Part shown: positions 1 through 9,935 of the stretch, one piece after another | Position numbering within the stretch: the stretch's first letter is position 1 | Layout of the letters: each line of letters starts with the position of its first letter | DNA from: Smithella sp. | Lineage (GTDB): Bacteria > Desulfobacterota > Syntrophia > Syntrophales > Smithellaceae | Length of the DNA stretch: 64,000 nucleotides | NCBI GenBank assembly: GCA_035382085.1 | Contig: DAOSZO010000004.1 | Location: 9,268 to 73,267 of the forward strand | Direction: 5' to 3' | The notes under the pieces: model-generated | Databases searched by the model: none | Seen by the model: the letters and a program-made list of their open reading frames with translations, nothing else | Told to the model about the DNA's origin: nothing | Made by a program: the position numbers and the translations under genes

Positions 1-1522
1 AAATCGCCAGGGCGTTCGCCCCGAGTTTGACATGTCCGTCATCCAGCGCCACCAGCACCTCCTGCTCGCCGATCCGCCCGGGTTTCAGGGTTCCAAGCAG
101 AAACAAAACGGCCTTTTGAATCCCGGCCAGCAGGCTTTTGTCCCCCGTCAGCTCGTAGATTTCCGCCATGGCGCAAAGCGTTCCGGCATGGCGAAGCATG
201 TTGTACTGCGAATTGACCTGATTCGTCCGGGGAAAGTACTCATACACAAAAGATCCGTCTTCCTTCACGGCGTTTTTCAAATATTCGCCGGCCAGAAGGA
301 TCGCCCGCTCCACATCGCGGGCGGAGACATCTCCCGCTTCAGCCTTTGAAGGTTTCGCTCCGGAGGACAGGGAATACAGATGCCGCCGGGCAAGCATCAT
401 CGCGTGAAGCTGGTGCTGGGTGACATCAACGCGCAGGACGGGATCCCGTCCGCCGTTCATCACCCCGCCCCGGGCGCGGGGATCGGATGCCTGTTTCAGA
501 AAATCAACCTCCAGCGGGCTTCCTATCTGCCAGGAAAGAAGCCGGAGCAACCCCTCATCAACGACCCGGGCGATTTTTTCAGCGGCCTCGTCGTTTTTTT
601 CCCGGCGCGCCACGGCGTAGGCGCAGCTCAGCCCCTCATAGGCGTAAGCGGTGTTTTTCGGACGCCGCAGAATCTGATGAACGTCCATCATCCAGTCGGC
701 CAGCTCAAGAATATACCGGCCGTACCGCCGGTAGTCCCCCCAGCGCGCCTCATAAATTTCAAAAAACGCCATGGAACCCCACTGATAAAATCCCTTCGTG
801 ACGGGACTGTCGGCTTCCCGTTCGAGCGCTTCGCGGACATACGTCCGATACATGGCGTCAGCCGACTCCAGAACCAGCGGCTTCCATGAAACAAATTTCG
901 GCTGCCGGGCGGCCTTTGCCAGCGCCAGCAGCGCTTCTCCGTCAAAATAGGGCGAGGGCTCGCCGGAGGGTTTTCCCGTTTCCAGATCATAACCGGAAAG
1001 AAACCGTCCGTCCGTCCGGCGGGCGGAAAGGAGGAAATTCAAATACTGCTTCAAATCATTGGCGTAGCGACTTTTGATTTTTTCATCGCGGATGGACGGA
1101 ATGAAATCCAGAAGCGTCAGCGCGACGAGCGCGACGGCTCCCAGGGGACCTTTCTTCTCCCCCGGATAGACAAGGTAGCGCGCCTCCCCCGTCACGCGGG
1201 AGTGTCGTTTGAAAAAGCCGAGACCTTTTTCCAGCGCGGCAAAGGTTCGCGCGGAGGCCCGTTTCTTGTGGAGCAAAGCCAGACCCCACAGGGCGCCCGC
1301 CTGCCGCACCGGATTGTCCTCCGCGGTGGGACGGCGCGAAAGAAAATCGTATTCATAGACGAAATTGCCCTCGTCTTTCTGACTGGCCAGCAGGTATTCT
1401 CCCGCCAGTTTGACGCAGCCATCCAGCATCGCCCCATCCAGCCGCAGAGGCGGAGAAAAAGCCGCCGGCCCCGCCGTCGCGGATACGGCGCCAAGGACCA
1501 TCATCAGGACGGCCAAAAACAT
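1..1522 (-). CDS. Exported hypothetical protein, C-terminal end off-window (first ~507 codons present), with two homologous tandem halves
   Basis: Missing from the ORF track because it runs off the left edge. Manual reverse-strand translation from ATG at 1522 stays open to position 1. It begins MFLAVLMMVLGAVSATAGPAAFSPP (signal-peptide-like). Internal repeat AGEYLLASQKDEGNFVYEYDF / AGEYLKNAVKEDGSFVYEYFP. The plus-strand ORFs listed here look like antisense shadows. Confidence 0.6.
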   Translation of the reverse strand, partial: MFLAVLMMVLGAVSATAGPAAFSPPLRLDGAMLDGCVKLAGEYLLASQKDEGNFVYEYDFLSRRPTAEDNPVRQAGALWGLALLHKKRASARTFAALEKGLGFFKRHSRVTGEARYLVYPGEKKGPLGAVALVALTLLDFIPSIRDEKIKSRYANDLKQYLNFLLSARRTDGRFLSGYDLETGKPSGEPSPYFDGEALLALAKAARQPKFVSWKPLVLESADAMYRTYVREALEREADSPVTKGFYQWGSMAFFEIYEARWGDYRRYGRYILELADWMMDVHQILRRPKNTAYAYEGLSCAYAVARREKNDEAAEKIARVVDEGLLRLLSWQIGSPLEVDFLKQASDPRARGGVMNGGRDPVLRVDVTQHQLHAMMLARRHLYSLSSGAKPSKAEAGDVSARDVERAILLAGEYLKNAVKEDGSFVYEYFPRTNQVNSQYNMLRHAGTLCAMAEIYELTGDKSLLAGIQKAVLFLLGTLKPGRIGEQEVLVALDDGHVKLGANALAI

Positions 1523-1577
1523 TTTCAACCGACAGCTCCTCATTTTCACCCGCCTGGATTTCCGGATAAAAAACATT

Positions 1578-2768
1578 TCACAAAACGTCTCCCTCGAGAT
1601 AGAATCCCATCTCGTCTTTTCCCGTGGTCAGACTCCGCTGCGGCGCCGGGGCGCGCGCGCTTTTCTCCCGAAGGACTTCAACCACCGTGTTGAACTCGTT
1701 TTCCTCCACCGCGCGGGGCTGATACCCGGTCGCGAGATTGTCGGTGACAATGGGATAAAGACGGACGCGCACGCTGCGGCCGTCCTGATTCGCCGCAAAG
1801 ATCAGAAAGGCAACGGCGCTGTAAGGCCACGCGTTGTTCTTTGCGTAACGCCCCGGAGTATTGAAAACAAAATTGCCCAGAGAATAAATAATCCACCTGC
1901 CCTGATAGTTTTCAATCTCCTGCAGCATGTGGGCGCCGTGGCCGATGACGATGTCGGCGCCCGCATCGATGAGCTGTCGTGCCCGTTCGGTCTGCGCCGG
2001 CGACTTCCAGGAATAATTCGCGCCCCAATGCGGAAAAACCACCGCGAGGCCTTTTGGGTTTTTCTCCTTGAACGCCTTGATGCCTTGGAAGACGCTCTCC
2101 GAAGCCAGAAGGTTCACGCCCGGCTTTTCTTCTGAGGCGAAAGGCCAGTCGGGCTCCGCGCCGATGATTCGGTCGTCTTCATACGCGGCAAACACCGCGA
2201 GCCGAATCAGATCATTCCCCACGGCAATCTCCCGGATGAGGGGACGGGCGGCTTCGCGGGCGTCGCCCCCGGCACCCGTCCGCAGCACGGAAGCCTTATC
2301 GAGAACACGTATCGTTTCCAGAAGACCTTCCGTGCCGCAATCCGTCGCGTGATTGTTGGCCAGCGCCACCGCGTGAATGCGGTATTCCTTGAGCAATCGG
2401 GCATAGGTGTCGGGGTGTCCGCGATGAACCCATTTTTTCAAAGCCCGATAAGGCCGGATATCAACGGACGTCAGCGGTGTCTCCAGATTCACCATCGAAA
2501 AGTCAGACCGATTCAGCAGCGGCGCCAGATTTTTCATACCGTGCCCATGGCCGTAGCGCTCGATTATCTTTCTTCCTTCCTCATACGTGTCGCCGAAGGC
2601 GAAATCTCCGCCGAAAAGCACCCTGACGTTCGTCCCCGTCAAATCCCCGGCATCCAAGCGGTGCTTATTCAACCCCGGACCGCAGGCGGTCAGCGTCAAC
2701 AAAAAAACCGCCGCCGCCAAAGCCATGAGTCCGGTCACCCCAGCAGGCGGATGAAAATGATCAGTCAA
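1578..2768 (-). CDS. CapA-family metallophosphoesterase-like lipoprotein (CapA/PgsA poly-gamma-glutamate synthesis family)
   Basis: 396-aa ORF with lipobox LLTLTAC. Family blocks FGGDFAFGD, NLETPLT, ANNHATD, FPHWGANY, GADIVIGHGAHMLQ, YSLGNFVFN. Confidence 0.8.
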   Translation of the reverse strand: MTDHFHPPAGVTGLMALAAAVFLLTLTACGPGLNKHRLDAGDLTGTNVRVLFGGDFAFGDTYEEGRKIIERYGHGHGMKNLAPLLNRSDFSMVNLETPLTSVDIRPYRALKKWVHRGHPDTYARLLKEYRIHAVALANNHATDCGTEGLLETIRVLDKASVLRTGAGGDAREAARPLIREIAVGNDLIRLAVFAAYEDDRIIGAEPDWPFASEEKPGVNLLASESVFQGIKAFKEKNPKGLAVVFPHWGANYSWKSPAQTERARQLIDAGADIVIGHGAHMLQEIENYQGRWIIYSLGNFVFNTPGRYAKNNAWPYSAVAFLIFAANQDGRSVRVRLYPIVTDNLATGYQPRAVEENEFNTVVEVLREKSARAPAPQRSLTTGKDEMGFYLEGDVL

Positions 2769-2931
2769 AGGTTGTCCCTCCAGAAAATATCAATGATTTT
2801 GGCATCTATACATGAACCGGACGGCAATTTCCATGATTCTCTTTTTTGGATCAACATTTCATTGACATACAAAATTGTTCTATTTATACAACATAAATGA
2901 ACCATTCCATATGCCGCAAGGAGAAACGCAG

Positions 2932-4461
2932 ATGATCCAGCAACAGGGCTTTGACAATGAAAAATACATCCGGGAACAGACGGCTGAAATCCTCAAGAGA
3001 GTTGACCGCTTCAACAACAAACTCTATCTCGAATTCGGGGGCAAACTGCTGTATGACTATCATGCCGCACGCGTTCTTCCCGGCTACGACCCGAATGTCA
3101 AAATGCGGCTGCTGCAGGAACTCAAGGATAAGGCGGACGTGGTTTTGTGTATTTACGCGGGAGACATCGAACGCAAAAAAATCCGCGCCGATTTCGGCAT
3201 CACCTATGACGCCGATGCCTTGAAGCTGATTGACAACCTGCGGGCATGGGGCATCCATGTGCTGGGCGTCGTCATCACGCGTTTTGAGGAACAACCCGCC
3301 GCGATGATCTTCAAAAACAAACTGGAGCGGCGCGGCATCGCGGTTTACACGCACCGGTTCACCAAAGGCTACCCGACGGACGTGGAAACGATCGTCAGCG
3401 ACGAGGGCTACGGCGTCAATGATTACATCGAAACCAACAAACCTCTGGTCATCGTGACCGGCCCGGGACCGGGAAGCGGCAAAATGGCCACGTGCCTTTC
3501 GCAGCTTTACCACGACTACAAACGCGGAATAAAATCCGGCTACGCGAAGTTTGAAACCTTCCCCATCTGGAATATTCCGCTCAAGCATCCGGTCAATGTG
3601 GCCTATGAAGCGGCCACGGCCGACATCCGCGATTTCAATCTGATTGACCCTTTCCATCTGGACGCTTACGGCGAGAAGGCCGTCAACTACAACCGCGACG
3701 TGGAAGTCTTTCCGGTCCTGAAAAGAATCCTGGAAAAAATCACGGGAAGGCCTTCCTTTTACAAATCGCCGACGGATATGGGCGTCAACCGCGCGGGATT
3801 TGCCATTGTCAATGACGACGTCACGCAGAAAGCGGCCAAGATGGAAATTATCCGGCGTTATTTCCGCTACCGCTGTGAGTACGCGATGGGGTTTGCCGAC
3901 AGGGAAACCGTTCAGCGAGTCGAGCTTTTTCTGAAGGATTTCAACCTCCAGCCGGAAGAACGTTCGGTGGTCATCCCGGCGCGCGAAGCGGCCGGCACCG
4001 CTCCCGCGGGAGAAAGAGATTACGAAAGAGGCAACGAAGGCATTTTCTGCGGCGCCGCCATTGAACTCAAGGACGGCGCCATCATCACCGGCAGCAATTC
4101 CTCCCTGATGCACGCCGCAACCAGCATGGTCATCCACGCCATCAAACATCTGGCGGAAATTCCCGACAAAATCAAACTTCTGCCGCCGCAAATCACCGAC
4201 GCCGTAAAAAATCTCAAAACCGAGATTCTGGGTGAAAAATCGGTGAGCCTTGATCTGGAAGAGGCCCTCATCGCCATCAGCATCAGCGCCACAAGCAATC
4301 CCGCCGCCCAGCTGGCGCTGGAGAAACTGCAGGAGTTGAGGGATTGCGAAGCGCACATGACGCATATGCCCACGCCCGGCGATGAAGCGGGCCTGAGAAG
4401 GCTGGGCATTAATCTAACGACCGATCCGAATTTCTCGACCAATGACCTGTTTATGACTTGA
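2932..4461 (+). CDS. DUF1846 (UPF0371) family protein
   Basis: Start moved to ATG 2932 (MIQQQGFDNEKYIREQ...), with AAGGAG 9 nt upstream. Characteristic N-terminus NKLYLEFGGKLLYDYHAARVLPGYDPNVK and GPGPGSGK loop. The 493-aa ORF on the opposite strand is an antisense shadow. Confidence 0.8.
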   Translation: MIQQQGFDNEKYIREQTAEILKRVDRFNNKLYLEFGGKLLYDYHAARVLPGYDPNVKMRLLQELKDKADVVLCIYAGDIERKKIRADFGITYDADALKLIDNLRAWGIHVLGVVITRFEEQPAAMIFKNKLERRGIAVYTHRFTKGYPTDVETIVSDEGYGVNDYIETNKPLVIVTGPGPGSGKMATCLSQLYHDYKRGIKSGYAKFETFPIWNIPLKHPVNVAYEAATADIRDFNLIDPFHLDAYGEKAVNYNRDVEVFPVLKRILEKITGRPSFYKSPTDMGVNRAGFAIVNDDVTQKAAKMEIIRRYFRYRCEYAMGFADRETVQRVELFLKDFNLQPEERSVVIPAREAAGTAPAGERDYERGNEGIFCGAAIELKDGAIITGSNSSLMHAATSMVIHAIKHLAEIPDKIKLLPPQITDAVKNLKTEILGEKSVSLDLEEALIAISISATSNPAAQLALEKLQELRDCEAHMTHMPTPGDEAGLRRLGINLTTDPNFSTNDLFMT

Positions 4462-4497
4462 GGGTTGCTTTTAGGCGAATTCCTTCGAAAGAATTCC

Positions 4498-4520
4498 AAA
4501 AAAAGGGGGCTTTCGCCCCC
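4498..4520 (-). terminator. Rho-independent terminator for the 4528..6117 lipoprotein gene
   Basis: GGGGGC-tttc-GCCCCC stem-loop (4505-4520) followed on the minus strand by a 7-T run (4498-4504). It lies between convergent genes. Confidence 0.65.
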
Positions 4521-4527
4521 TCGACGA

Positions 4528-6117
4528 TCAGGAAATCTTGAAGCGGCGGACCGGCCGCACCAATCTTTGCTGCCCTTTTCTCGTTCCGGTTTGTTTGCCT
4601 GAAATGAAGTATTGCGACCAGCTGTCGCTTGCGCCGTATTCCGATGAACTCCAGTACCCTTCATCATCCGCATCATAAAAACCGCCCGACCGTTTCACAT
4701 CCTTATTGGCAAACATCAGCGCCAGTTCTTCCTGAGACGGCAAAAACCAGTCATCAAAACCGCCGCCTCTGTAATCCCGGCACTTCCTGGCCGCGCTGTC
4801 GGTGTGTCCCTCCTGCGCGATGATCGCGTCGGTATTGGTCGGTCCGGTACCGAAGGCCGTTGACGTGTTTCCGTTGAGAATGGTCTGAATGATATAATTA
4901 TCCCACTCATCCTTCTCCGTCCCTTCTATCCATACCATATAAGGATCGGTGGTCTGAGAAGGATTGTCGGGACTCAAATACCAGTCCGGAGGCGCCATTT
5001 CCCAGCCGTAAGTTCCATCGGCAGCCGTCTCAATATAGAAGACCTTCCCGACACAGCTGGGACCGCGGTCGCCTATGGCATACGTGCCGGACACCGGCAG
5101 CGGATCCCACGTCCATTTGGCGTAAATCGTCATATCCTGGCTGACCTCGGTGTCTTTTGTGAATTCCGTCGTTCCCTCCGGCTGCGTAAACCAACCGGCA
5201 AAACTGTAACACGCTTTCTCGGGCGCGGCGGGCAAATCGCCCTCTGTGGTTCCCGTTGCCACGGTATTTCCGGAAGAAAGAATAATATACTGTTTATCCA
5301 CCGGCGTTCCGCCGTAACTGTTATACGTCAAGGTATAACCGGGATCAGCGGTCCATTTCGCGTACACGGTCAAATTGCTTGTCACAATCGTGCTGGCTGT
5401 AAATTGCGTGCCGCCGCCGTTTCTTCCCGTCCACCACCCGCCGAACGAATAAAACAGACGGACGGGATCCGCGGGCAACGCTCCGACGGTCTCCTCCGGT
5501 GAAACGACGTATTGAACGCCCACAGCGCTCCCCTCTTCGCTGTCATAAGTCACCGCATAGACTTCCGCGGTTACCCACCGCGCCGAAACCGTTTTGTCGG
5601 CCGTGACTTCCGTATTGGCTATAAACTCATGTCCCTCTGCATCATACCAGCCGGCAAATTTAAAACCGGTTTTTGTCGGCGGCGTAGGCATGGTTCGGAC
5701 GGTCTTTTCCGGCAACGCAACTCCCCTGCTGGCATACAGCGCGCCGTCATTCAGGAAAGTAACTTTATAATTATACCAGTAAGCAAAAACAGTCGTATCC
5801 TGATATATTTTTGTATTTTCGGTAACATTGACCCCATAGCCGTCCCGCTGCGTATACCAGCCGCCGAATTTATAGCCCTCCATGGCCGGATCAGAAGGCA
5901 GTTCTCCGAGCGCGTCTCCGTAGTTGACTACTTTGCTGGTAAAACTTGGCGGCGTCACCTCCCTTAGGGTATCTTTAAACTGACTGCTGAAAATTACGGT
6001 GGAGGGTCCTTTTTCGTTGACATTGGTGGTTTCCAACAGGCCCTGCCCGCAGGAAGCAACCATCAATGCCGCCGTCAGCAAAAGCACCATCTCCATGATC
6101 TTCCGGAAAAATCCCAT
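4528..6117 (-). CDS. Lipoprotein with four InlB-type B-repeats (Listeria-Bacteroides repeat) and a C-terminal DUF1566-like domain
   Basis: Lipobox LMVASCG. Four repeats end in G(Y/F)xFxGW(Y/W/F)...T(V/I)(F/Y/S)A(Y/K/R)W. C-terminus DDWFLPSQEELALMF...YWSSSEY...VRPVRRF matches the DUF1566 pattern. Confidence 0.75.
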   Translation of the reverse strand: MGFFRKIMEMVLLLTAALMVASCGQGLLETTNVNEKGPSTVIFSSQFKDTLREVTPPSFTSKVVNYGDALGELPSDPAMEGYKFGGWYTQRDGYGVNVTENTKIYQDTTVFAYWYNYKVTFLNDGALYASRGVALPEKTVRTMPTPPTKTGFKFAGWYDAEGHEFIANTEVTADKTVSARWVTAEVYAVTYDSEEGSAVGVQYVVSPEETVGALPADPVRLFYSFGGWWTGRNGGGTQFTASTIVTSNLTVYAKWTADPGYTLTYNSYGGTPVDKQYIILSSGNTVATGTTEGDLPAAPEKACYSFAGWFTQPEGTTEFTKDTEVSQDMTIYAKWTWDPLPVSGTYAIGDRGPSCVGKVFYIETAADGTYGWEMAPPDWYLSPDNPSQTTDPYMVWIEGTEKDEWDNYIIQTILNGNTSTAFGTGPTNTDAIIAQEGHTDSAARKCRDYRGGGFDDWFLPSQEELALMFANKDVKRSGGFYDADDEGYWSSSEYGASDSWSQYFISGKQTGTRKGQQRLVRPVRRFKIS

Positions 6118-6360
6118 CTTTCCTCCATGTCCGTTCTTTTATTTCTAGATTGTTGATGGCCTGAATAAAGTTCATTATATAATAATTGTCAACAAATTTG
6201 TTCTGACGTTTCGAGCTTCCAGTTCGTCGTGTTTCGGCGTGTTTTCCCATCCCTGCACCGTGCGGGCAAAGCCGATTATCCGCGTCATTTCGCAAAGCCA
6301 AAACTGGTTGACAAACGCTTTCTTTTCATGAATAATTTTCCCGCTTTCAAGGAGGTGTTT

Positions 6361-7359
6361 ATGCCCGTAAAAATAGCGATCAACGGCTTTGGCAGAATCG
6401 GCCGGCTGGTTTTCCGGGCCGGATATAAAAACAAGGACGTGGAATTCGTCGCCGTCAATGACCTGGCCGACGCCAAGACGCTCGCCCATCTGCTGAAGTA
6501 TGACTCCACCCACGGAATTCTGGATGCCGAGGTGAAGGTCTCCGGCAATGCCATCCTCGTTGACGGAAAGGAAATCAAAACCTTTTCCGTCAGGGAACCC
6601 CAAACCCTGCCCTGGAAAGACCTGGGTATTGACGTCGTCCTGGAAAGTACCGGAAAATTCACCGACCGGGAAGGCGCCGGCAAACACATCGAGGCCGGCG
6701 CGAAAAAAGTGGTCGTTTCGGCGCCCGCCAAGAATCCGGACGTGACCTTTGTCCTGGGCGTGAATCAGGAAGCCTACGACAAAAACAAGCACCACATCAT
6801 CTCGATGGGCTCCTGCACGACCAACTGCCTCGCGCCGATCGTCAAGATTCTGCATGAAGAATTCGGGATTGAATACGGCCTGATGACGACCATCCATTCC
6901 TACACCAACGATCAGGTGGTCCAGGACGAGCCGCATCGCGACCTCAGGCGCGCCCGCGCGGCGGCGCTTTCGATGATTCCCACGACCACCGGCGCGGCCC
7001 GGGCCATCGCGGAAGTCATTCCGGAAATGAAGGGAAGACTCGACGGGCTGGCCATCCGCGTGCCGACGCCGAATGTTTCGCTGGTTGATTTCGTGGTGAC
7101 GCTTTCCCGAAAAACCGATAAAAACGAAATCAATGACAAGTTCCGGGAATACGCCCGAGGCACCATGAAAGGCATTTTGATGTGTTCCGAGGAAGAACTG
7201 GTTTCCTGTGATTTCAACGGCAACAAACATTCCTCCATTGTGGACATGCTCAACACCGCCGTCATCGGCGGCAGGATGGCCAAAATTCTCTCCTGGTACG
7301 ACAACGAATGGGGCTTCTCCAACCGAATGCTGGAGTTGCTCCAGTTCATCATGAAATAA
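6361..7359 (+). CDS. gap: Glyceraldehyde-3-phosphate dehydrogenase, type I
   Basis: Start at ATG 6361 (MPVKIAINGFGRIGR) with AAGGAGG upstream. Catalytic SCTTNCL and HSYTNDQ, WYDNEWG C-terminal block. The track's upstream extension has no homology-like sequence. Confidence 0.95.
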   Translation: MPVKIAINGFGRIGRLVFRAGYKNKDVEFVAVNDLADAKTLAHLLKYDSTHGILDAEVKVSGNAILVDGKEIKTFSVREPQTLPWKDLGIDVVLESTGKFTDREGAGKHIEAGAKKVVVSAPAKNPDVTFVLGVNQEAYDKNKHHIISMGSCTTNCLAPIVKILHEEFGIEYGLMTTIHSYTNDQVVQDEPHRDLRRARAAALSMIPTTTGAARAIAEVIPEMKGRLDGLAIRVPTPNVSLVDFVVTLSRKTDKNEINDKFREYARGTMKGILMCSEEELVSCDFNGNKHSSIVDMLNTAVIGGRMAKILSWYDNEWGFSNRMLELLQFIMK

Positions 7360-7379
7360 GCAAAGCGAGGATGAGGCAC

Positions 7380-8558
7380 ATGAAGTACATTGATCAGATT
7401 GACATGACAGGCAAGAAGGTTTTTCTGCGCGTGGATTTTAACGTTCCACTGGACAAGGAGGGGCGCGTGACGAGCGACCGGCGCGTGCGGGCGCACCTTC
7501 CCACCATCCAATACGCCCTGGAACGGGGAGCCAAACTCATTGTGGCTTCCCATCTGGGCAGACCCAAGGGCAAACGCGTCGAGGAAATGTCGCTCAAGCC
7601 CGTCGCCGGCGTGCTGTCCGATCTTTTGAAAAGGGATGTCCCTTTTATGGACGATTGCATCGGAGAAAAAGTCGAACGGGCCGTCGCCGGCATGAAAGAC
7701 GGCGACATCATTCTTTTGGAAAATCTGCGCTTTCATCCCGGCGAGGACAAAAACGATCCCGAGTTCGCCAAACAGCTCGCCGCGCTGTGCGACATCTACA
7801 TTGACGACGCTTTCGCCGTGGCACACCGCGCGGCCGCTTCCAACGCGGCGATCACCGATTTCGTGAAGACCTGCGCCGCGGGATTCCTGCTGAAAAACGA
7901 GGTCGAATATTTCAACAAAGCCATGGTTCACCCGGCCCGTCCGCTGGCCGCGCTGATCGGCGGTGCGAAGGTTTCCGACAAAATCGGCGTCCTGGAAAAC
8001 CTGATAGCGAAGGTGGACAAAATCCTCGTCGGCGGCGGTATGGCTTTCACCTTCTTGAAGGCCCAGGGCGTCGAAATTGGCAAGTCGCTTTGCGAAGATG
8101 AAATGCTTGAAACCGCGCGCAACATTCTGGAAAAAGCCAAAGCCAAAAAGGTTGATTTTCTGCTGCCGGTGGATGCCGTGATCGCGCAAACCGCTGCCGC
8201 GGACGCCGAAGCGAAAATCTGCGGCATAAGGGACATTCCGCCCGATTGGATCGGACTGGACATCGGTCCGAAAACGGTTGAACTTTTCAGGGAAGCTCTC
8301 AAGGGCATCAAGACCATCATCTGGAACGGTCCGCTGGGCATGTTCGAGCTGGCACCTTTCAGCAAGGGAACGTTTGACATGGCCGCGGCGGTCGGCGATT
8401 CCGGCGCCATCTCCATCATCGGCGGCGGCGACACAGAAACGGCCATCAAAAAAGCCGGGCAGAACGCGAAAATGACTTATATCTCAACGGGCGGCGGCGC
8501 TTTTCTGGAATGGCTGGAAGGAAAAACCCTGCCGGGCATCGCCGCGCTGGAAAAATGA
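7380..8558 (+). CDS. pgk: Phosphoglycerate kinase
   Basis: MKYIDQIDMTGKKVFLRVDFNVPL, ASHLGRPKG, GGGDT motifs. The start could also be ATG 7371. Confidence 0.95.
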   Translation: MKYIDQIDMTGKKVFLRVDFNVPLDKEGRVTSDRRVRAHLPTIQYALERGAKLIVASHLGRPKGKRVEEMSLKPVAGVLSDLLKRDVPFMDDCIGEKVERAVAGMKDGDIILLENLRFHPGEDKNDPEFAKQLAALCDIYIDDAFAVAHRAAASNAAITDFVKTCAAGFLLKNEVEYFNKAMVHPARPLAALIGGAKVSDKIGVLENLIAKVDKILVGGGMAFTFLKAQGVEIGKSLCEDEMLETARNILEKAKAKKVDFLLPVDAVIAQTAAADAEAKICGIRDIPPDWIGLDIGPKTVELFREALKGIKTIIWNGPLGMFELAPFSKGTFDMAAAVGDSGAISIIGGGDTETAIKKAGQNAKMTYISTGGGAFLEWLEGKTLPGIAALEK

Positions 8559-8568
8559 GGAAAATTCA

Positions 8569-9327
8569 ATGAGACAATGGATCGTCGCCGGCAACTGGAA
8601 GATGCACAACACCGTTGCCGAATCCATCGCTCTGGCAAAAGCCATCAAGGAGGGGGCAGCCGGTTTGCAAGGCGGAACAGTGGTTCTGGCTCCGCCTTTC
8701 ACCGCGCTGGCTTCCGTGCATCAAGTCATCCAGGGATCACCTGTCTGCCTGGCCGCCCAGAACATGTATCCTGAAGACAAGGGCGCTTTCACGGGCGAGG
8801 TCTCTCCGCTGATGCTGAAGGACGTCGGTTGTTCCTACGTCATCATCGGCCACTCCGAGCGCCGCAAATACTTTCTCGAACAGGACACGGACGTCAACCG
8901 GAAGGTCAAAAAAGCGACGGCCTGCGAACTGATCGCGGTGATGTGCGTCGGGGAAACGGATGAGGAAAGAGACCGGGGCATCACCCAGGACATTGTCGGC
9001 AGGCAGGTGCAAACGGGGTTGAGCGGCATGGAGAATCTGGAAAACGTCGTCATCGCCTATGAGCCGGTGTGGGCGATCGGCACGGGCAAGGTGGCCACGC
9101 CCGCGCAGGCGCAGGAGGTTCACGGCTTCATCCGCGGTCTCCTGAGGCGTCTCTACGGCGGGCCGGCGGCAGAGCAAACCCGTATTATCTACGGCGGCAG
9201 CGTCACCCGGGACAACATCGGCGATCTCATCGCCATGGAAGACATTGACGGCGCGCTGGTCGGCGGGGCCTCGCTGAAGGCGGATCAATTTCTGGGCATT
9301 ATTGAAAAGACATCATCAGCAAAATAA
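8569..9327 (+). CDS. tpiA: Triosephosphate isomerase
   Basis: AGNWKMH, IIGHSERR, AYEPVWAIGTG, GGASL motifs. 10 nt after pgk. Confidence 0.95.
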   Translation: MRQWIVAGNWKMHNTVAESIALAKAIKEGAAGLQGGTVVLAPPFTALASVHQVIQGSPVCLAAQNMYPEDKGAFTGEVSPLMLKDVGCSYVIIGHSERRKYFLEQDTDVNRKVKKATACELIAVMCVGETDEERDRGITQDIVGRQVQTGLSGMENLENVVIAYEPVWAIGTGKVATPAQAQEVHGFIRGLLRRLYGGPAAEQTRIIYGGSVTRDNIGDLIAMEDIDGALVGGASLKADQFLGIIEKTSSAK

Positions 9328-9370
9328 ATTTTTTTCATCAGGCAAAATTTAAAAAATCGGAGGCCCGTGT

Positions 9371-9901
9371 ATGCGCAAACTCATTCTGCCGGTATTTCTC
9401 GCTCTGGCATTGATCTGTTCCTGTTCTACCGACAAAAAAGAAAAAGCGGCGGATCTCATTCAGAAAGCCGAGGCGCTTTGGAAAGACGGCCGATATACCG
9501 ATCCCCAGAAAGCCGTCGAATATCTTGATCAGCTTATCGAACTGATCCCCCGGAATCCCCGGCTCTTTATCAAAAGAGGCACGGCTTACTACAATATGGG
9601 TCAGTTTCAGAAGGCCATTGAAAACTACTCGGAGGCCATCAAACTTTCCCCGACTTTTCCCGTACCCTACTACAACAGGGGCAATGCTTACGCCAACCTG
9701 CGTCAGTTTCCGCAGGCCATCGAGGATTACAATCAGGTCATCCGTTTGACGCCGAAATTTGCTGAAGTTTATAAAAACAGGGGCGTTGTGTATCTGCACC
9801 AGGGCAATAACAAAGCGGGATGCGGTGATTTGCAGCAGGCCTGCTCCATGGGGGATTGCCAATTGCTCAATGCCGCAAAAGGACAAAAACTTTGCCCTTA
9901 A
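9371..9901 (+). CDS. TPR-repeat lipoprotein
   Basis: Lipobox LALICSC. Three to four TPR units (AYYNMGQFQKAIENYSEAIKLSP, YYNRGNAYANLRQFPQAIEDYNQVIRLTP, YKNRGVVYLHQGN). Confidence 0.75.
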   Translation: MRKLILPVFLALALICSCSTDKKEKAADLIQKAEALWKDGRYTDPQKAVEYLDQLIELIPRNPRLFIKRGTAYYNMGQFQKAIENYSEAIKLSPTFPVPYYNRGNAYANLRQFPQAIEDYNQVIRLTPKFAEVYKNRGVVYLHQGNNKAGCGDLQQACSMGDCQLLNAAKGQKLCP

Positions 9902-9935
9902 ATCGAGTCGGATTCTTTCATCAAAGGAACCAATC

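Noticed and set aside
2884-4365. 493-aa ORF on the minus strand
   Set aside because: It is exactly antisense to the well-supported DUF1846 gene. Its composition is Arg/Gly/Asp/Val-rich and repetitive, with no motif. It is a typical GC-rich shadow ORF.
6175-8189. 351-aa and 425-aa minus-strand ORFs
   Set aside because: They are antisense to canonical gap and pgk, whose identity is unambiguous. No RBS or family motifs are present.
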